A stretch of DNA of 63,183 nt, the filler included, from Octopus bimaculoides (taxonomy: Eukaryota), in assembly GCF_001194135.2 (NCBI RefSeq). It is 4 parts of 4 records of this genome, joined end to end, with 100 filler letters (N's around TTAATTAATTAA, not from the genome) between each part and the next. Parts side by side here need not be neighbours in the genome. Positions count along the whole stretch, not along the records: positions 1 to 20,763 come from NC_069000.1; 3 more parts are not named here. One strand, given 5' to 3'. A program made the translations under genes and the position numbers. The notes under the pieces were generated by a model, which had not been told where the DNA came from, ran no database searches, and saw nothing but the letters and a program-made list of their open reading frames with translations. Shown here in pieces: positions 1 to 13,784 of the stretch (position 1 is the stretch's first letter; the number at the start of each line of letters is the position of its first letter).

Positions 1-980
1 AATTTAGTAAAATAACTTAGTTGCCATTAAGATAGTGTTAGGAACATAAATTGTGACTAATGTTTGGTAGAAGATTTTAATTCAGAACTTAAAAATAAAA
101 AGTTGTAGAAGAACAGAGCTGCAAAATAAAAAAGAATATAAAACACTATAACAAAAATATTTTTTATCTTAATCAGTGGCAGCTTGTCTATAGGCACTGC
201 GGAACTGCAGCATCCCCTATTTCCACTTGATATTATTGATAACATTCAATATAATGAGTCCTTTTTTTTTTAATTCTTTCTTTATACTTGTACATTATAT
301 ACTCCTTAAGCTTAATGTCAGTGGCCATCCCCTAGTTTATGAAAACAATACAAAACCCTTGTATAGAACTGTATGCTTCACAGTTCCAGCGACGCAGTGT
401 TTGGGCTGTTGTGTGTATGCTCACATGTCTAAGATAGAAAGCTGCATGCTAGGGAGAGAGAGCACTGTTGTTCACGCAGTGCTGACCCTGGTGTGATGGT
501 GAAAGTTAGTGTTTCTTTTTGACTCCGCGTGTACAGTGCTTAAAAACGTGTTTATATTCTTGAATGTGATAAAGCGTAGAATAAGATTATTATCCTACTT
601 CCAACTACAGCATTGCTGCCAGGATTTGACAAATAGGGCAGATTTTCCTCCCTTATTTTGTGATTTAGATGGGATTTTTGAAAAACTAGGGGGAATTCAC
701 AGCGGTATTCAGTGAACAAATTTAACACACTACCCGGCAGTGACTAAAACGCGAACCGATCAAGTTTATGTATAAATATTCTTTTTATATGTTTGTTTCC
801 TTTTACACAATATTAAAACAACGGCTAAAAATTTTCTGAAGCAGCACCCCAACTAATGTTATCTACAGGCCACCACTGATGGTAATTCAAAAATAATGTT
901 GAAAAGAAACAAACAAATTTGTCTAACAACTCAATACTTTGAATATGACAAGGAACTATTTTTCTGTCTTTAATTTACAG

Positions 981-1204
981 GTTGGAGACCAACAGTGCTT
1001 ATTGCAATCCCTTAAAGATTCACCGTACTTCAAAAACTTTTTGGATAAAGCCACAATTTGGGAGAAACGCTTAGCAAGTTTGGACGAGTACTTGCAGAAC
1101 CTTTACCAAATTCAGCATAAATGGGTTTACTTAGAACCGATATTTGGTCGCGGTGCTTTACCTAAGGAACAGAACCGCTTCAAGAGAGTCGATAGTGATT
1201 TCAG
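981..1204 (+). CDS. DYNC2H1: Dynein-2 heavy chain internal exon 1 of 6 (VGDQQCLLQSLKDSPYF...WVYLEPIFGRGALPKEQNRFKRVDSDFR)
   Basis: TTTACAG acceptor, GTAAGT donor, 224 nt, ends phase 2. WVYLEPIF is the dynein heavy-chain linker-region motif. The VGD..CLLQSLKDSPY and GRGALPKEQ context matches dynein-2 as I recall it. Confidence 0.95.
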
Positions 1205-1368
1205 GTAAGTTCTATTTTTTACCAATCTGATCTGGCAGTGTTTCTACAGCTGGATGCCCTTCCTAATGCCAACCACTCTGAGAGTGTAGTGGGTGCTTTT
1301 TATGTGCTACCAGCACAGAAGCCAGTCAAGGTGGCACTATTATATTATTGTTATATTATATTATATTA

Positions 1369-1525
1369 TGGGGTGGTATCAGAAGGTTTCCAGACTTGTT
1401 ATGTTTAATGAAAAATAACTTATTTACCTAAGTTTTAACATTATCTTCTTCAAAATAGTCACCTTGTGCAGCAATACACCGGTCCCAGCATTCCTGTCAC
1501 TTTTGGAATCCAGCCTGGAATCATT
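1369..1525 (-). mobile_element. Mariner right end (TIR + last transposase codons), duplicate of 4056-4210
   Basis: TA + TGGGGTGGTATCAGAAGGTTTCCAGACTT, then the reverse complement of ...WDRCIAAQGDYFEED. Confidence 0.8.
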
Positions 1526-2654
1526 AAGCTTAATGATATATATAAACGTCGGAACTGTACAGCTGAAGATTTTCAGGGAACAGACTGGAAGGCAGTGTAG
1601 AACTGTGAATACCATGTTTGACACACACATTTTGATATGTGGCATTAAATCATGAATCTATATTTTATTGCTAAAGTGATGGCAGGAGACACACCCAGTG
1701 CTTCCTGGTTTTTTTAACTTGTGTCACTGGGCATTGAATGTACATAATTGTGATTTTCAGTAGCTTCAAGTAACACCTGATTTATGTTTTTTCCGCTTAT
1801 CAGATCAGTGTTGTTTATTGTTTCGCATTGAGTGATCAAGTCATTTCATAAACATTTTTTTTTTATTCTTCTTTGTTATTCTGTGCTTCTAAACTTGCTA
1901 TATTAGCCGAGATTTTTGTTTTATCTTTCTTTGATATACCAATTCTTTCTTGCTATTTGTATTTTGCAATTACATAAAAAGAAATCTATTATGAAAATGA
2001 GGAAGCAATAAATATATGGCTTATTAGGAAATAGACTAATAAATGAAATATTAGATTCTGAGTTTGATAATGGAAGGAGGGAAGGCAATTTTGAAGACTG
2101 CAACTTTGATACCAACGCTGATCAAACTACTTTTGAAATTGACTTTGGTTACAGCAAAGCTTGTGAAAATATTGTTTTTTGACAGTAATGCAATTTTTTT
2201 TGTTTTGTTTTTTTCTAACAAAAGGAAATTTTATTTTAATGAATTAATTTTTACATAAAAATTTTATATTTGTTGATAATATTAGATAAATTACATCATT
2301 TACCTGTTTTGCTTTTATGGTTATTTTCTGGAAAATAAATGCTATTTAATTATCTTTTTATAATTTAGCAAAAATATCTTAATTTTAATCTTTGTTTTTC
2401 TTCTACTTAACACGCTTTTTCTCTCCTTTTCTAATTTAATTCTTTTTCTATTTTCATCTCTCTTTTTGCTTTCATCCCATCAGTTCCCACCCTCATATAA
2501 TGGGTGGCAGCCATGTACCTTCTCTACAACAACAAACCTTTTTATGTCCCTTATATCATGCATTATCCTTTCAACACCTTGCCTAAAACAGCTTCTCTCT
2601 CTACTAAGTTGAAGAAGTTTTTGGTTTTGCAATTCATATAGCAACATCACTTGT

Positions 2655-2800
2655 AGCAGACCCTGCACCAGATGGCTGGAAGTGAATGTGGAAGATCTCC
2701 AGAGGCTCAATGCCACTTTGGAGGATGCAGAGTAGCTGGCACAGAACTACCAGCAATGGAGAGTTCTGGTGGACCTGGTTGGCTCTATACATCATGATGT
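2655..2800 (+). mobile_element. Degenerate RTE-type LINE ORF C-terminal fragment
   Basis: Translates RPCTRWLEVNVEDLQRLNATLEDAE*LAQNYQQWRVLV, resembling the RTE GRP..RW.D....D......A...A.DR..WR.LV tail. Confidence 0.5.
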
Positions 2801-3627
2801 CTCTGGGACCACTAATCTGAAATGACCCCCACCTCCATCTCGCAAGAGCATGAAACAAGCAAGAAAGCACATCACTTGTACTGATGTCCCCTACTGTACA
2901 ATCTTTGAAGTATCTAGCATTAGGAATGGCATCCAGTCATAGAAACGAAGCCAAAATGAAATGTTCGTGTGAGACATGGCTCTTAAATTCAGTGAATCCT
3001 CTCAAAATGACCAGCCTATGCCCCGCATGGAAAGATGATCTTCGTAAAACAGTCCTCTGACTATCAGGAAGAAAATCCCTTACACACACANNNNNNNNNN
3101 NNNNNNNNNNNNNNNNNNNNNNNNNNNNNNNNNNNNNNNNNNNNNNNNNNNNNNNNNNNNNNNNNNNNNNNNNNNNNNNNNNNNNNNNNNNNNNNNNNNN
3201 NNNNNNNNNNNNNNNNNNNNNNNNNNNNNNNNNNNNNNACACACACACACACACATACACACACACTACGACAAGCTTCTTTTAGTTTCTGTGTAGCAAA
3301 TCTATTCACATGGCTTTGGTCAGCTTGGGGCTGTAGTAGAAGACAATCGTCGAAGGTGTCATGAAGTGGGATTGAGTCTGGAACCATGCCTCACACCTGT
3401 ACCCACACCTTCTAGATATTCCATCAAGATTCTAGTGTCATTGCTCTTTGCCCTGCTTCCTACTTCTAAGACTTACATATCACAAAATCTCTGATGATGT
3501 CCAGGTTTCGGATCCCTAATAGAGGCCCTTATTTATCAGGGTTTTGAAATATTTACTCTGTTAAGTAAAATTTTGTTTTTATACAAACTAATCTCATCTT
3601 ACATTTTAAAATATTATATTTTGGCAG

Positions 3628-3760
3628 AGCCATTATGACGGACATACAGCGAGATCGTCGTTATGTTTCTCTTGTAAACCAAGTAGGACTTTGTGATCAG
3701 TTAAAGACAATGGTGGACCAACTGCAAAGATGCCAGAAAGCTCTCAATGAATTCTTAGAG
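3628..3760 (+). CDS. DYNC2H1: Dynein-2 heavy chain exon 2 (AIMTDIQRDRRYVSLVNQVGLCDQLKTMVDQLQRCQKALNEFLE)
   Basis: TTGGCAG acceptor, phase 2 in and phase 0 out, weak GTTTTT donor. DQLQRCQKALNEFLE motif continues the frame of exon 1. Confidence 0.92.
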
Positions 3761-4055
3761 GTTTTTATACCATTTTGTCTTCCTCTCTTTTTGTTTTTAT
3801 TGTTATATTCATCATTATCATCGTCATCATCATCGTTTAATGTCTGTTTTCCATGCTGGCATGGGTTAGACGATTCGACTGGGGTCTGGGAAGCCAGGAG
3901 GCTGCACCAAGCCCCAATCTGATCTGGCAGTGTTTCTACAGCTGGATGCCCTACCTAATGCCAACCACTCTGAGAGTGTGGTGGGTGCTTTTTACATGCT
4001 ACCGGCACAGAAGCCAGTCAAGGCAGCACTATTATATTATTGTTATATTATATTA

Positions 4056-4502
4056 TGGGGTGGTATCAGAAGGTTTCCAGACTTATGTTTAATGAAAAAT
4101 AACTATTTTACTTAAGTTTTAACATCATCTCCTTCGAAGTAGTCACCTTGTGCAGCAATACACCAGTCCCAGCATTCCTGCCACTTTCGGAATCCAGCCT
4201 GGAAGTCATTTTCTGTAAGTGAGTCAAGGACCTTCTGCAATTTGCTTCAGATCTCAACAGCAGTGTGAAAACGGTGACCTTTGAGCTGCCTTTTCATCGT
4301 AGGGAAGAGATGGACATCCACAGGTGCTAAATTTAGTGAATAGGGTGAGAGCAGAAGTAATATGTTGGTTTTGGCAAGAAACTCACAAGTGAGGATAGCT
4401 CAGTGACAGGGTGCATTGTTGTTGTGAAGAATCCAATTCTTCATGCTCCACAGATTCAAAATGTCACAATAGAACTCTTGATTGATGGTCTGGACCCGGG
4501 GG
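4056..4502 (-). mobile_element. Mariner transposase relic (C-terminal third) with right TIR
   Basis: One minus frame with two stops: QTINQEFYCDIL..WILHNNNAPCH*..SPYSLNLAPVDVHLFP.MKRQLKGHRF..EI*..WQECWDWCIAAQGDYFEGD. These correspond to the HDNAP, YSPDLAP.D and C-terminal motifs of DD34D mariners. TA-flanked TIR at 4056. Confidence 0.9.
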
Positions 4503-5180
4503 GACAAATTCTTGATTTGGTACTGGTCGATGACAGTACCACCTGGTCGATGACAGTACCACCTGATTCGCTCCCATGCCGGTGGCATGTAAAAAGTACC
4601 ATTCTAACATAGTTGATGCCAGTGCCGGCTGACCGGTCCTGTGCCGGTGGCACACACAAAGCTCCTTTGGATCATGGTCGTTGCCAGTGTTGCCTGACTG
4701 GCCCTCATGCTGGTGGCATGTAAAAAGCTCCCACCACACTCGGAGTGGTTGACATTAGGAAGGGCATCTATCTGTAGAAACATTGCCAGATTAGATTGGA
4801 GCCTGGTGCATCCTTCTGGCTCACCAGCCCCCAGTTAAACCGTCCAACCCATGCCAGCATGCAAAAGCAGACGTTAAACGATGATGATGATGATGTTCCA
4901 TGCTGGTATGGGTTGACCTATGTGTGTGTGTTTGTGTCTACTTGTCTTGATATCGCATGATGTTGTAAATGAATGTCATTCATTTGCAGTATTCCATGCA
5001 AACATGTCTGGCCATGGGGAGATAAATTACTTTGCTTGGAAACAGGTAATGGTTGGTGACAGGAAAGGCACCCAGCTGTACGAAATTTGCCTCAATAACC
5101 TCCAAGCATGGAAAAGTGGATGTTAAAATGATGACGATGACAAGATGAGGAGGAGGAAGATAACAATGAGGTTGATCATG

Positions 5181-5212
<32 letters not shown>

Positions 5213-5954
5213 TATTATTAGCTAACGGTAAAGTGCTCTGGTGCACTCGTTGGATGATTACTAATTTGAAATAAATATAATTATCTGGATGATAATTGGC
5301 TTCAAATAAATAAAATTACCTACATGATAATTGATTTTTATAATCAAATTAACTGAATAAAAATTGGCTTGAAATAAAAATAAAATTGTCTAGAATATAA
5401 ATTGATTTAAAATAGATATGTGTGCATGATAGTTGATTTTTAAATATAATTATCTGGATTATGATTGGTGTTTAAATAAAATTAACTGGATCATTACTGA
5501 CTTTCAGTAAATAGAATTATCGTTGTTATTATCATCGTCATCATTGTCGTCGTCGTCATCATCACCATCATTTTAACATACATTTTCCATGCTCACATGG
5601 ATCAAGTGGAATTTGTTGAGGTGGATTTTCTCTAGCTGGATGCCCTTCCTGTCACCAACTCTCACCTGTTTCCAAGGAAGCTAATGTTTTCTCAAGGCCA
5701 GACATGTGTTCTTCACAAAAGATTGTATAACGTGACACTAGTTCACGACTATCATGCAATGTCAAGGCAAGGAGACAGTAACACACACACACACACACAT
5801 AAATATACATACATGCACACATTCACACACACACATATACATGTGCACACATACACACAGTACACAAAAATATACATGCACTCACACACACACACACACA
5901 TCCACACACACACACACACATCCACACCACACACACACAAATACACGCATGCAT

Positions 5955-5986
<32 letters not shown>

Positions 5987-7865
5987 CCACACACACACAC
6001 ACACATCCACACCACACACACACAAATACACGCATGCATGTACACACACACACACACACACACACATCCACACCACACACACAAATACACAAGCACATGA
6101 TGATTTGTTTCTTTCAGTTTCTATCTACCAAATCTGCTCACAAGGCTTTGGTTGGCCTAGAGCTACAGGTGAAGATGCTTGCCTAAGGTGTCATACAGTA
6201 GGACTGATCCCAGAACCACATAGCTGGGAAGCAAACTTCTTAACCACACCTTTGGCTTGAAGTAAATAGAATTGAATTATTGAATGATTTGTCGTTTGGA
6301 AGGTTGAGTTAAAATATTAGAAAAATATAATAATAATAAAAATAACATTTCTAAAGAATTTAACAATGCCGAGAGAAGAACAATGGTTTCCCACTAATAC
6401 TATCTCCACCTTAGCAAAGGCAAAGGTATTGTTTTCAGTCGTGTCTGTTTGTTTGTTTGTCTGTGGACAAGATATCTCAAGAACTGCTGGATGGATTCAG
6501 ATGAAACTTTCAGGGATGTTTTGGCCTTGTGACTGGCATGAACTGATTAGATTTTAGCATCGATCCAGTACCGAACAAGGATTCTGGATTATTTTTTCCT
6601 GTTTTTTACTTAATTTTTGAGAGCATTCAGGTTCATTTTTAGTATTCTTGTTTGTAAGAGCAGTTGAGTTTATTTCAGATATTCTCATTTTAAAAATCAT
6701 CTCTGGCTAATGTTTGAGAGGACATTGGTGTTGTGTTGGCAGAGGTTTACACTCTCTGAGTGCTCTTGTTTATTAATTGTTATATAGCAAAGACCTCTTT
6801 CAGTCATGAATGATCATGGGATTGCTCCTNNNNNNNNNNNNNNNNNNNNNNNNNNNNNNNNNNNNNNNNNNNNNNNNNNNNNNNNNNNNNNNNNNNNNNN
6901 NNNNNNNNNNNNNNNNNNNNNNNNNNNNNNNNNNNNNNNNNNNNNNNNNNNNNNNNNNNNNNNNNNNNNNNNNNNNNNNNNNNNNNNNAGCTTGGCACCA
7001 GTATGCGCATATATATATGAAAGATAAAGACCCCACGCTTTGGTCATGAATGACCAGGGGGCTGTACCCAAAAAATTTCCCTCCAAACCACAATGTCCAG
7101 GCAAGGTTGTTCATGGCAGACCAGCAGTCGCCCATGCATACCAGCCTCCCCTCTTCACACCACCGATGTTATCCAAGGGAAAGGCAAAGGGGCCGATACA
7201 GCTTGGCACCAAGTGATGTTGCAACTCATTTCTACAGCTGAGTGAACTTGAGCAATGTGAAATAAAGTGACTGGCTCAAGAACACTACACATAGCACTGT
7301 CTGAGAATTGAACTCACTACCTCATGATTGTCAGCCCAATGCTCTAACCACTGAGCCATTCGCCTTCACTATTGTTTTTATAATATACTATATAATATAA
7401 TATAACACACACACACACACACACATATATATGTCAATTAGGAATTGCAAGAGTATTAACCTGGCATAGAATTCTATATACCTATGCTTCTGAATGTAGT
7501 ATTAGTTGGGTACAGAGCAATAATAAAAAAACAAGACTTCATTTTTAAGGCTTTGATGAAATTGTAAAGCATTACTCAGGGGCTCAGTGATGAGTCCACT
7601 GTATTTTATAGCGGAAACAGCTGTAAGGTAATGAAGTTCATAAGATAATCAGTTATTGTCATCTTTTTCCTAATATACATACATGCATACATGCATACAT
7701 CAATTTAAACCAAAAGAGCTACTTATAATTTCATGCTTTTATGATTCTTGAGCAGGCATATTTATAAATATTAGCTGTTCTTTCGGCTGTGTATTTAAAT
7801 TGATATTTATCTCTTACTGAATGGAGTACTTTTTTGTTGATTCTACCTCTACTGGATAATTAAAC

Positions 7866-7896
<31 letters not shown>

Positions 7897-8849
7897 TATG
7901 ACATATACTTAATGTATGTGCATTTTTTTTTGTCCAACAAAGACCCCCATCTCCTTAAGGACATATCGTGTTTAATAACATACATACATTAAATATGTCA
8001 TATTTTTAATGTTTACATTATTTAAGCTGCTTCAAACACAAATTCTAATTATATTTTATTTGTGCAACACCTTTTCACATCAGCAAATAGCTTTTATGCT
8101 ATTTGTATACATACCTCTAGCTGGCAAAACAGGTTGTTCCATAGGCAGATGAGTGTGGCACCAAAGAGCAGAAATGGTTGTGGAATATCAATATCTGTCA
8201 CTCTCTTTCAAAGCAATTTCATTTTGCCTACCTTTGATGTATGCTGTGTTTAAAGGGCCTTCCCTGGATAAGGTACCACAGCTTCACAACATTTAATAAT
8301 GAACATAAATTATGTCATATTGATAATGTTTACAGTTTCTGTTTATATATACATATACATATATGTGTGTGTGTGTGTGTGTGTGTGGTGTTAGGAAGGT
8401 GATCCAGCCATAAAAGTCATGCCAAAACAGACAGCAAAGCATGGTGCAGTCTTCTGCCTAGCCAGCAACTGTCAAACTATCCAACCTATGCCATCATAGA
8501 AAGTGAACGGTAAATGATGATGATGATGACTCTATATGTGTATGTGTTAAGTAAGATTCAGGTAAAAAGCTTGTCCACAGCTATTGGCTATCTGATGTCA
8601 TCATACAGTGGAATAATGATTACACAACATTTCACCCATGTACTAAAGATGTAAGATTATGTTGAAACAATTGTAGTGATTTTAAATAAAGAATATTGTT
8701 AATTCCATTTTCTATCATTTATCTTTATATATATATGTGTGTGTGTGTGTGTGTATACATACATATACATACATGCATATGTATGGATATATATATTTGT
8801 TGTTTACACCACCTGTCTTCGTCTGTTGTTTTCTTCGTAAATTCTCCCA

Positions 8850-8882
<33 letters not shown>

Positions 8883-9425
8883 GATAGATTCAAGGCTTGA
8901 ATATGGTACTTATGCGAAGGCACCCGAATATCGCATCCCAAAAGGATGGGTGATTAAAATCAAACAATAAGCAACACGGATTTCAAAAGTGATTGCAGTA
9001 CGCACGTTTCATGCTACTTCAATTTATTTAAGTAATGTGAGCATTACCTTAAATGCAATATGAAGAGCAATCTTCAGCTGCACGAAAAATGCAGAAAAAA
9101 GACATATTACAAATGTGGCAACATATTAANNNNNNNNNNNNNNNNNNNNNNNNNNNNNNNNNNNNNNNNNNNNNNNNNNNNNNNNNNNNNNNNNNNNNNN
9201 NNNNNNNNNNNNNNNNNNNNNNNNNNNNNNNNNNNNNNNNNNNNNNNNNNNNNNNNNNNNNNNNNNNNNNNNNNNNNNNNNNNNNNNNNNNNNNNNNNNN
9301 NNNNNNNNNNNNNNNNNNNNNNNNNNNNNNNNNNNNNNNNNNNNNNNNNNNNNNNNNNNNNNNNNNNNNNNNNNNNNNNNNNNNNNNNNNNNNNNNNNNN
9401 NNNNNNNNNNNNNNNNNNNNNNNNN

Positions 9426-9468
<43 letters not shown>

Positions 9469-9544
9469 CATACATACATATACATACACACACACACATG
9501 CACACACATATATGATTAATTATGTTTTGCTTTTCAATTTCCAG

Positions 9545-9775
9545 GAAAAAAGGTCCTCATTTCCCCGTTTTTATTTCATTGGAGACGAGGACCTGCTGGA
9601 GATTCTTGGCCAGTCAACTAAGCCTGATGTAATCCAAACCCACCTGAAGAAATTGTTTGCCGGCATTCATACTGTCCAGTTTAATGATGACTGTAGCCAG
9701 ATTCTTGCCATGAGGTCATTGCATGGGGAGGTGGTACCACTTCGTCAACAAGTTCTCATCAGCAATGATGTTGAG
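9545..9775 (+). CDS. DYNC2H1: Dynein-2 heavy chain exon 3 ([24 protein letters not shown]...HLKKLFAGI...[20 protein letters not shown])
   Basis: TTTCCAG acceptor, GTTTGT donor, 231 nt (77 codons). FPRFYF..D.DLLEILG and HLKKLFAGI are conserved dynein motifs. Confidence 0.96.
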
Positions 9776-10049
9776 GTTTGTTACATCTTATATTCTTTCT
9801 GGTTTCGTTAGAGTTTTTTTTATTACATCACTATTAACCCCCAGAACATTTAAACAATCCATATCTAGCCTGAATAGTTTACCTGTTTTTATGGTGAACC
9901 TGAACAGATTTGACCTCTCGTACCTACCCTACAATGTAATTCTTAAAATAAACAATCACATGATCAAAATCTCAAAGCTACAAGATAATGCATGATTAAT
10001 GGCACCTATGAAATCATGATCATAGCTATTGCCAGTAGCATAATCTCTG

Positions 10050-10480
10050 AATGTTAGGCCTCATGGTGGCAATGACAAGTGACCGAGACCTTGGTGATAT
10101 GCTGTGTTTGAGAAGACTCATGAAGCCAAGTGAAACCATAGTCGTGGCCATTGACAGTGTCATGTGATGGCGCCCATGAAATTGTAATCGTGGCCATAGC
10201 CAGTGGTATGATCTTTGACTGTTGGGCCTCTTCCTTTTTCCCTATTTTTTTGTGTGTTGCATGTCATATGGCAACTTTGCTGCTGCTGCTGGCGCCATGT
10301 AAAAAGGGCTTAGTACACTTTGTAAAGTGGTTAGTGTTTGAAAGGGTGTCTGGCCATAGAAACCATGCCAAAGATGGCATTGGAGCTCAATGCAGTCTTG
10401 CAGCTCATCAGTTCTTTTCAAACCATCCAACCCATGCCAGCCAGGAAAGTGGATATTAATTCATGATGATGATGACATAT
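10050..10480 (+). mobile_element. 5'-truncated RTE LINE 3' end
   Basis: LGLMVAMTSDRDL(fs)W*YAVFEKTHEAK*, then the shared 3' UTR ending in an (ATG)n tail. Confidence 0.75.
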
Positions 10481-11929
10481 ATGCATGCATTTGTGTGTGT
10501 GCATGCATGTGCACGTGTGTGTGTATGTCTGTGTGTTTGCATTTGTCCACCACCCCTGCTTGACAATGTGGTTTTTGTTTACATTCCCAGACAAGCCTGA
10601 TAGAATAAGTACCGGCATCAATTTGTTCACCCAACCCTTTCAAAGCAGTGCCCAAACCGTTTAAGGCAGTGCTCCAGCAGGGCTGCAGTCTAAAGACTGA
10701 AACAATTAAACAGTAAAAAATTCTTGAATCTGGTATTTGGAACAGAAATTAACAGGAAATTTTGATGGGTGTTTGTATTATTACAGAACCAGAAACAATT
10801 TCAGGTGGGTCGCTACCAAAGGGGTTAATACAATGGAGTGGTATTTGACAGAGATTCAGCTGCTATTTCTAGTAGCTTGCTTGACCATATAGAGGTTGTC
10901 TCATTCCACATTGACTTGTGTTTCTGGCCTGGTTTCCTTATGTCTAGTAGTACACTCTACATTCGTATTACTGTGTTCTAATGTCCAGTTATGATAGAAC
11001 ACAGCTGTTGCACCAACATCATTAATTTAATCAATTACTTAATCAATATATGTTGCTATTAGGGAAGTAAGCTGCCAGTAATTGGAACATTGCATGGAAG
11101 GCTTTCGTTTTTGATCTTTTTGTCTTTTACTTGTTTCAGTACTTCTCTATTTGTTTGTTTTGTCTTTTAAGTCTAGTCCTTATTTTATCAGTTTCTTAGG
11201 CTGAACTGCTCAGTTACAGAATGTAAACAAACAAACAACAATTATCTAGTGATAGACGGGAGACAAACACATACATGCAGCTATATACGTGTTTGTGTGT
11301 GTGTGTATCTTTTATTTTTTACTTGTTTCAGTCATTAGACTGCGGCCATCCTGGGGCACCACATTGAAGAATTTTTAGTTGAATTAATTAACCCCAGTAC
11401 TTATAAATTATTTTATTGGTCTCTCTTGCTGAACCACTAAGTTACAGAGATGTAAACACCAACATCGATGGTCAAGTGGTGGTAGGGGAGAAACACAGCC
11501 ACACAAAAACATACATGCATATATATAAATAATGTGTTTTTTTTGTACTTCTTTTATTTTTCAAAATTAAGATAAAGTTCTTTTTTTTTATGTGTGGATG
11601 TACGGACAGACAGATGGACTTCCACACAGTTTCTGTCTCCCAAATTTATTTACAAAGCATTGATTCGCCAAGGTTATAGCAGAAGACACTTTCCCAAGGT
11701 ACCATAATTAGGGATAATTTCGATAATTTCCTGCTGATGATAGCTGGCCTAGCAAATTATTTAATTTTGCTGAAAATAGCTTGAAACCATGGTTCAGGAA
11801 ATAGATAGTAAATGTTTTTATTTTTCATTCCCTTTCAGTGGTCTTATTGGACACACAGAGGTGCTGAATGTGGTTGTCTATTCTTTTTCACAGACTATAT
11901 TGTTTTAATATTTCAGACTTCAGACATCG

Positions 11930-11960
<31 letters not shown>

Positions 11961-13784
11961 TATCTTCATCATTTAATGTCCATTGTCCATGCTGGCATGG
12001 GTTGGAAGGTTTGACCAGGGCTGGCAAGCAGGAAAGCTGCACCAGACTCCAGTTTGTTTTGGCATGGTTTCTATGGCTGGATGCCGTTCCTAATGCCAAC
12101 TACTCTGAGAATGTAATGGGTGCTTTTACGTGCCACCAGCACAGGTGCCATTTGCATGTCACTAGTATCTGCCACAACTGTGATTTTACTTGGCTTGATG
12201 GGTCTTCTTAATACTTAACTTAAAGGTCATATTCTAAAACCATAATCAGAGAAGCTTGTCTAATTGCAATGTCTGACATTTAGGCCACATTTTAAGGAAG
12301 ATGCAGAGGTTGTCAGCTGCTATATTTAGCAGATCAAGCAACTACCTAATCATTGTTTTTGTTCATTTAACCCCATGTTTTTGTTCATTTAGCAACTACC
12401 TAATCATTGTTTTTGTTCATTCAGCCCCACATACATGTGCACACACACACATACATACATGTGGTGGTGATGGTGGTGGTGGCAGTGGTGAGAATGATGG
12501 TTGTGGGAATGATGATAATCAGTAGGGGAGGGATATAATAAAAGGCAATACAACCATGACCATCCCACCTGCTACTTTTACTAGTTGGCTTTAAAGACTA
12601 GATCCTCTGTTATCTGTACTGTCTTTATTTTGTGAAAATTTCAATTGGCCAGTTATATTTCAGCCACTTATACGACATGGAGTCCTATGGCTGAAGAAAA
12701 ATCAAAAACTATATTCAATATCATCACCTTCATCATCATCATTACTATCATCACCATCATCATTGTCGTAGTGACACCACCACCACCATCACTACTATCA
12801 CCATCATCATCACTATCTCATTGTTCTGTATGCTGCAGAATAGTCATTTATTGACAGCAGTTAAATAACAACAAGAGTATGTTATCATTATGTAGACATG
12901 TGGCGGTTGTAAAACAGCAGAACTAGCAGACATCTGGACTAAATACATTAAACAGAGACTCCTTTATTATTATTATTATCTGCTTTTGCATCAATTCCAG
13001 ATGAGCTTCTGCTGCAGTCAATACGACTGGCTACATCCTTTCCCAATATAAGAATTGGCATTGTGCCTAGTGCAAAAGAAATCGGTATTAATGCTACCGC
13101 CACAGTAACTCTTTCAAATCCAGAAGCTGCCTTTAATAAGACCTCTTGAAACTGCAAATAGTTTTTCCTTTTCGTTCATTTGTCTTTTTCTCTCCTTTCT
13201 CTGATACACATTAATCTTTAGCACTTAGCTTTAACTCAATTCCATCAAGATTTTTTATATTTCGTAAGTATTAAAGTATTACAGAGACTGCTAGCGTAAC
13301 GGTAGACTTCTAATGATAAACTCACTGTAAACAGCATTTACTGTTAGAATAATTACCAGCTGTCTGTGCTATTTCAGACACAACCAGACTGAATTGTCTT
13401 ACCCTACTTCTTGGGTTACATACCTCAACGTTCTGGGTTCAAATCCTACCAGTATTATTTTTGTTTTGCTTCTCTTTTTGTCATGATCTGTTTTTGTGGT
13501 TCCCAACATTTTCAATATTAAGGGTCACTGTTTATGTACCGTATTTACTGGCATACGTATTAGACATACTTTATTTCCAAAAACTTGTCTCAAAACTTCA
13601 CTCCAGGTCCCTGTCCAGTTGAACCTCTCAAAGCTGATTTTCTCTCTGTCACTCCGCTACAGCAAGATAGCTTTAACCCTTACCCTAACCTGATTTTATG
13701 ATATTGATATTTACTTAGATAATGATTAGTTTGGTTTGGCTCAGGTTCAGTCTTATTCCTGCTAGGAATTATGTGGGTAACAGG

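Noticed and set aside
5684-6260. His/Thr- and Cys/Val-rich ORFs (also 14460-15428, 22500-22921, 26814-27148, 29748-30276, 57013-57595)
   Set aside because: Translations of (CA)n, (TA)n, (TACA)n and trinucleotide microsatellites. No splice or homology support.
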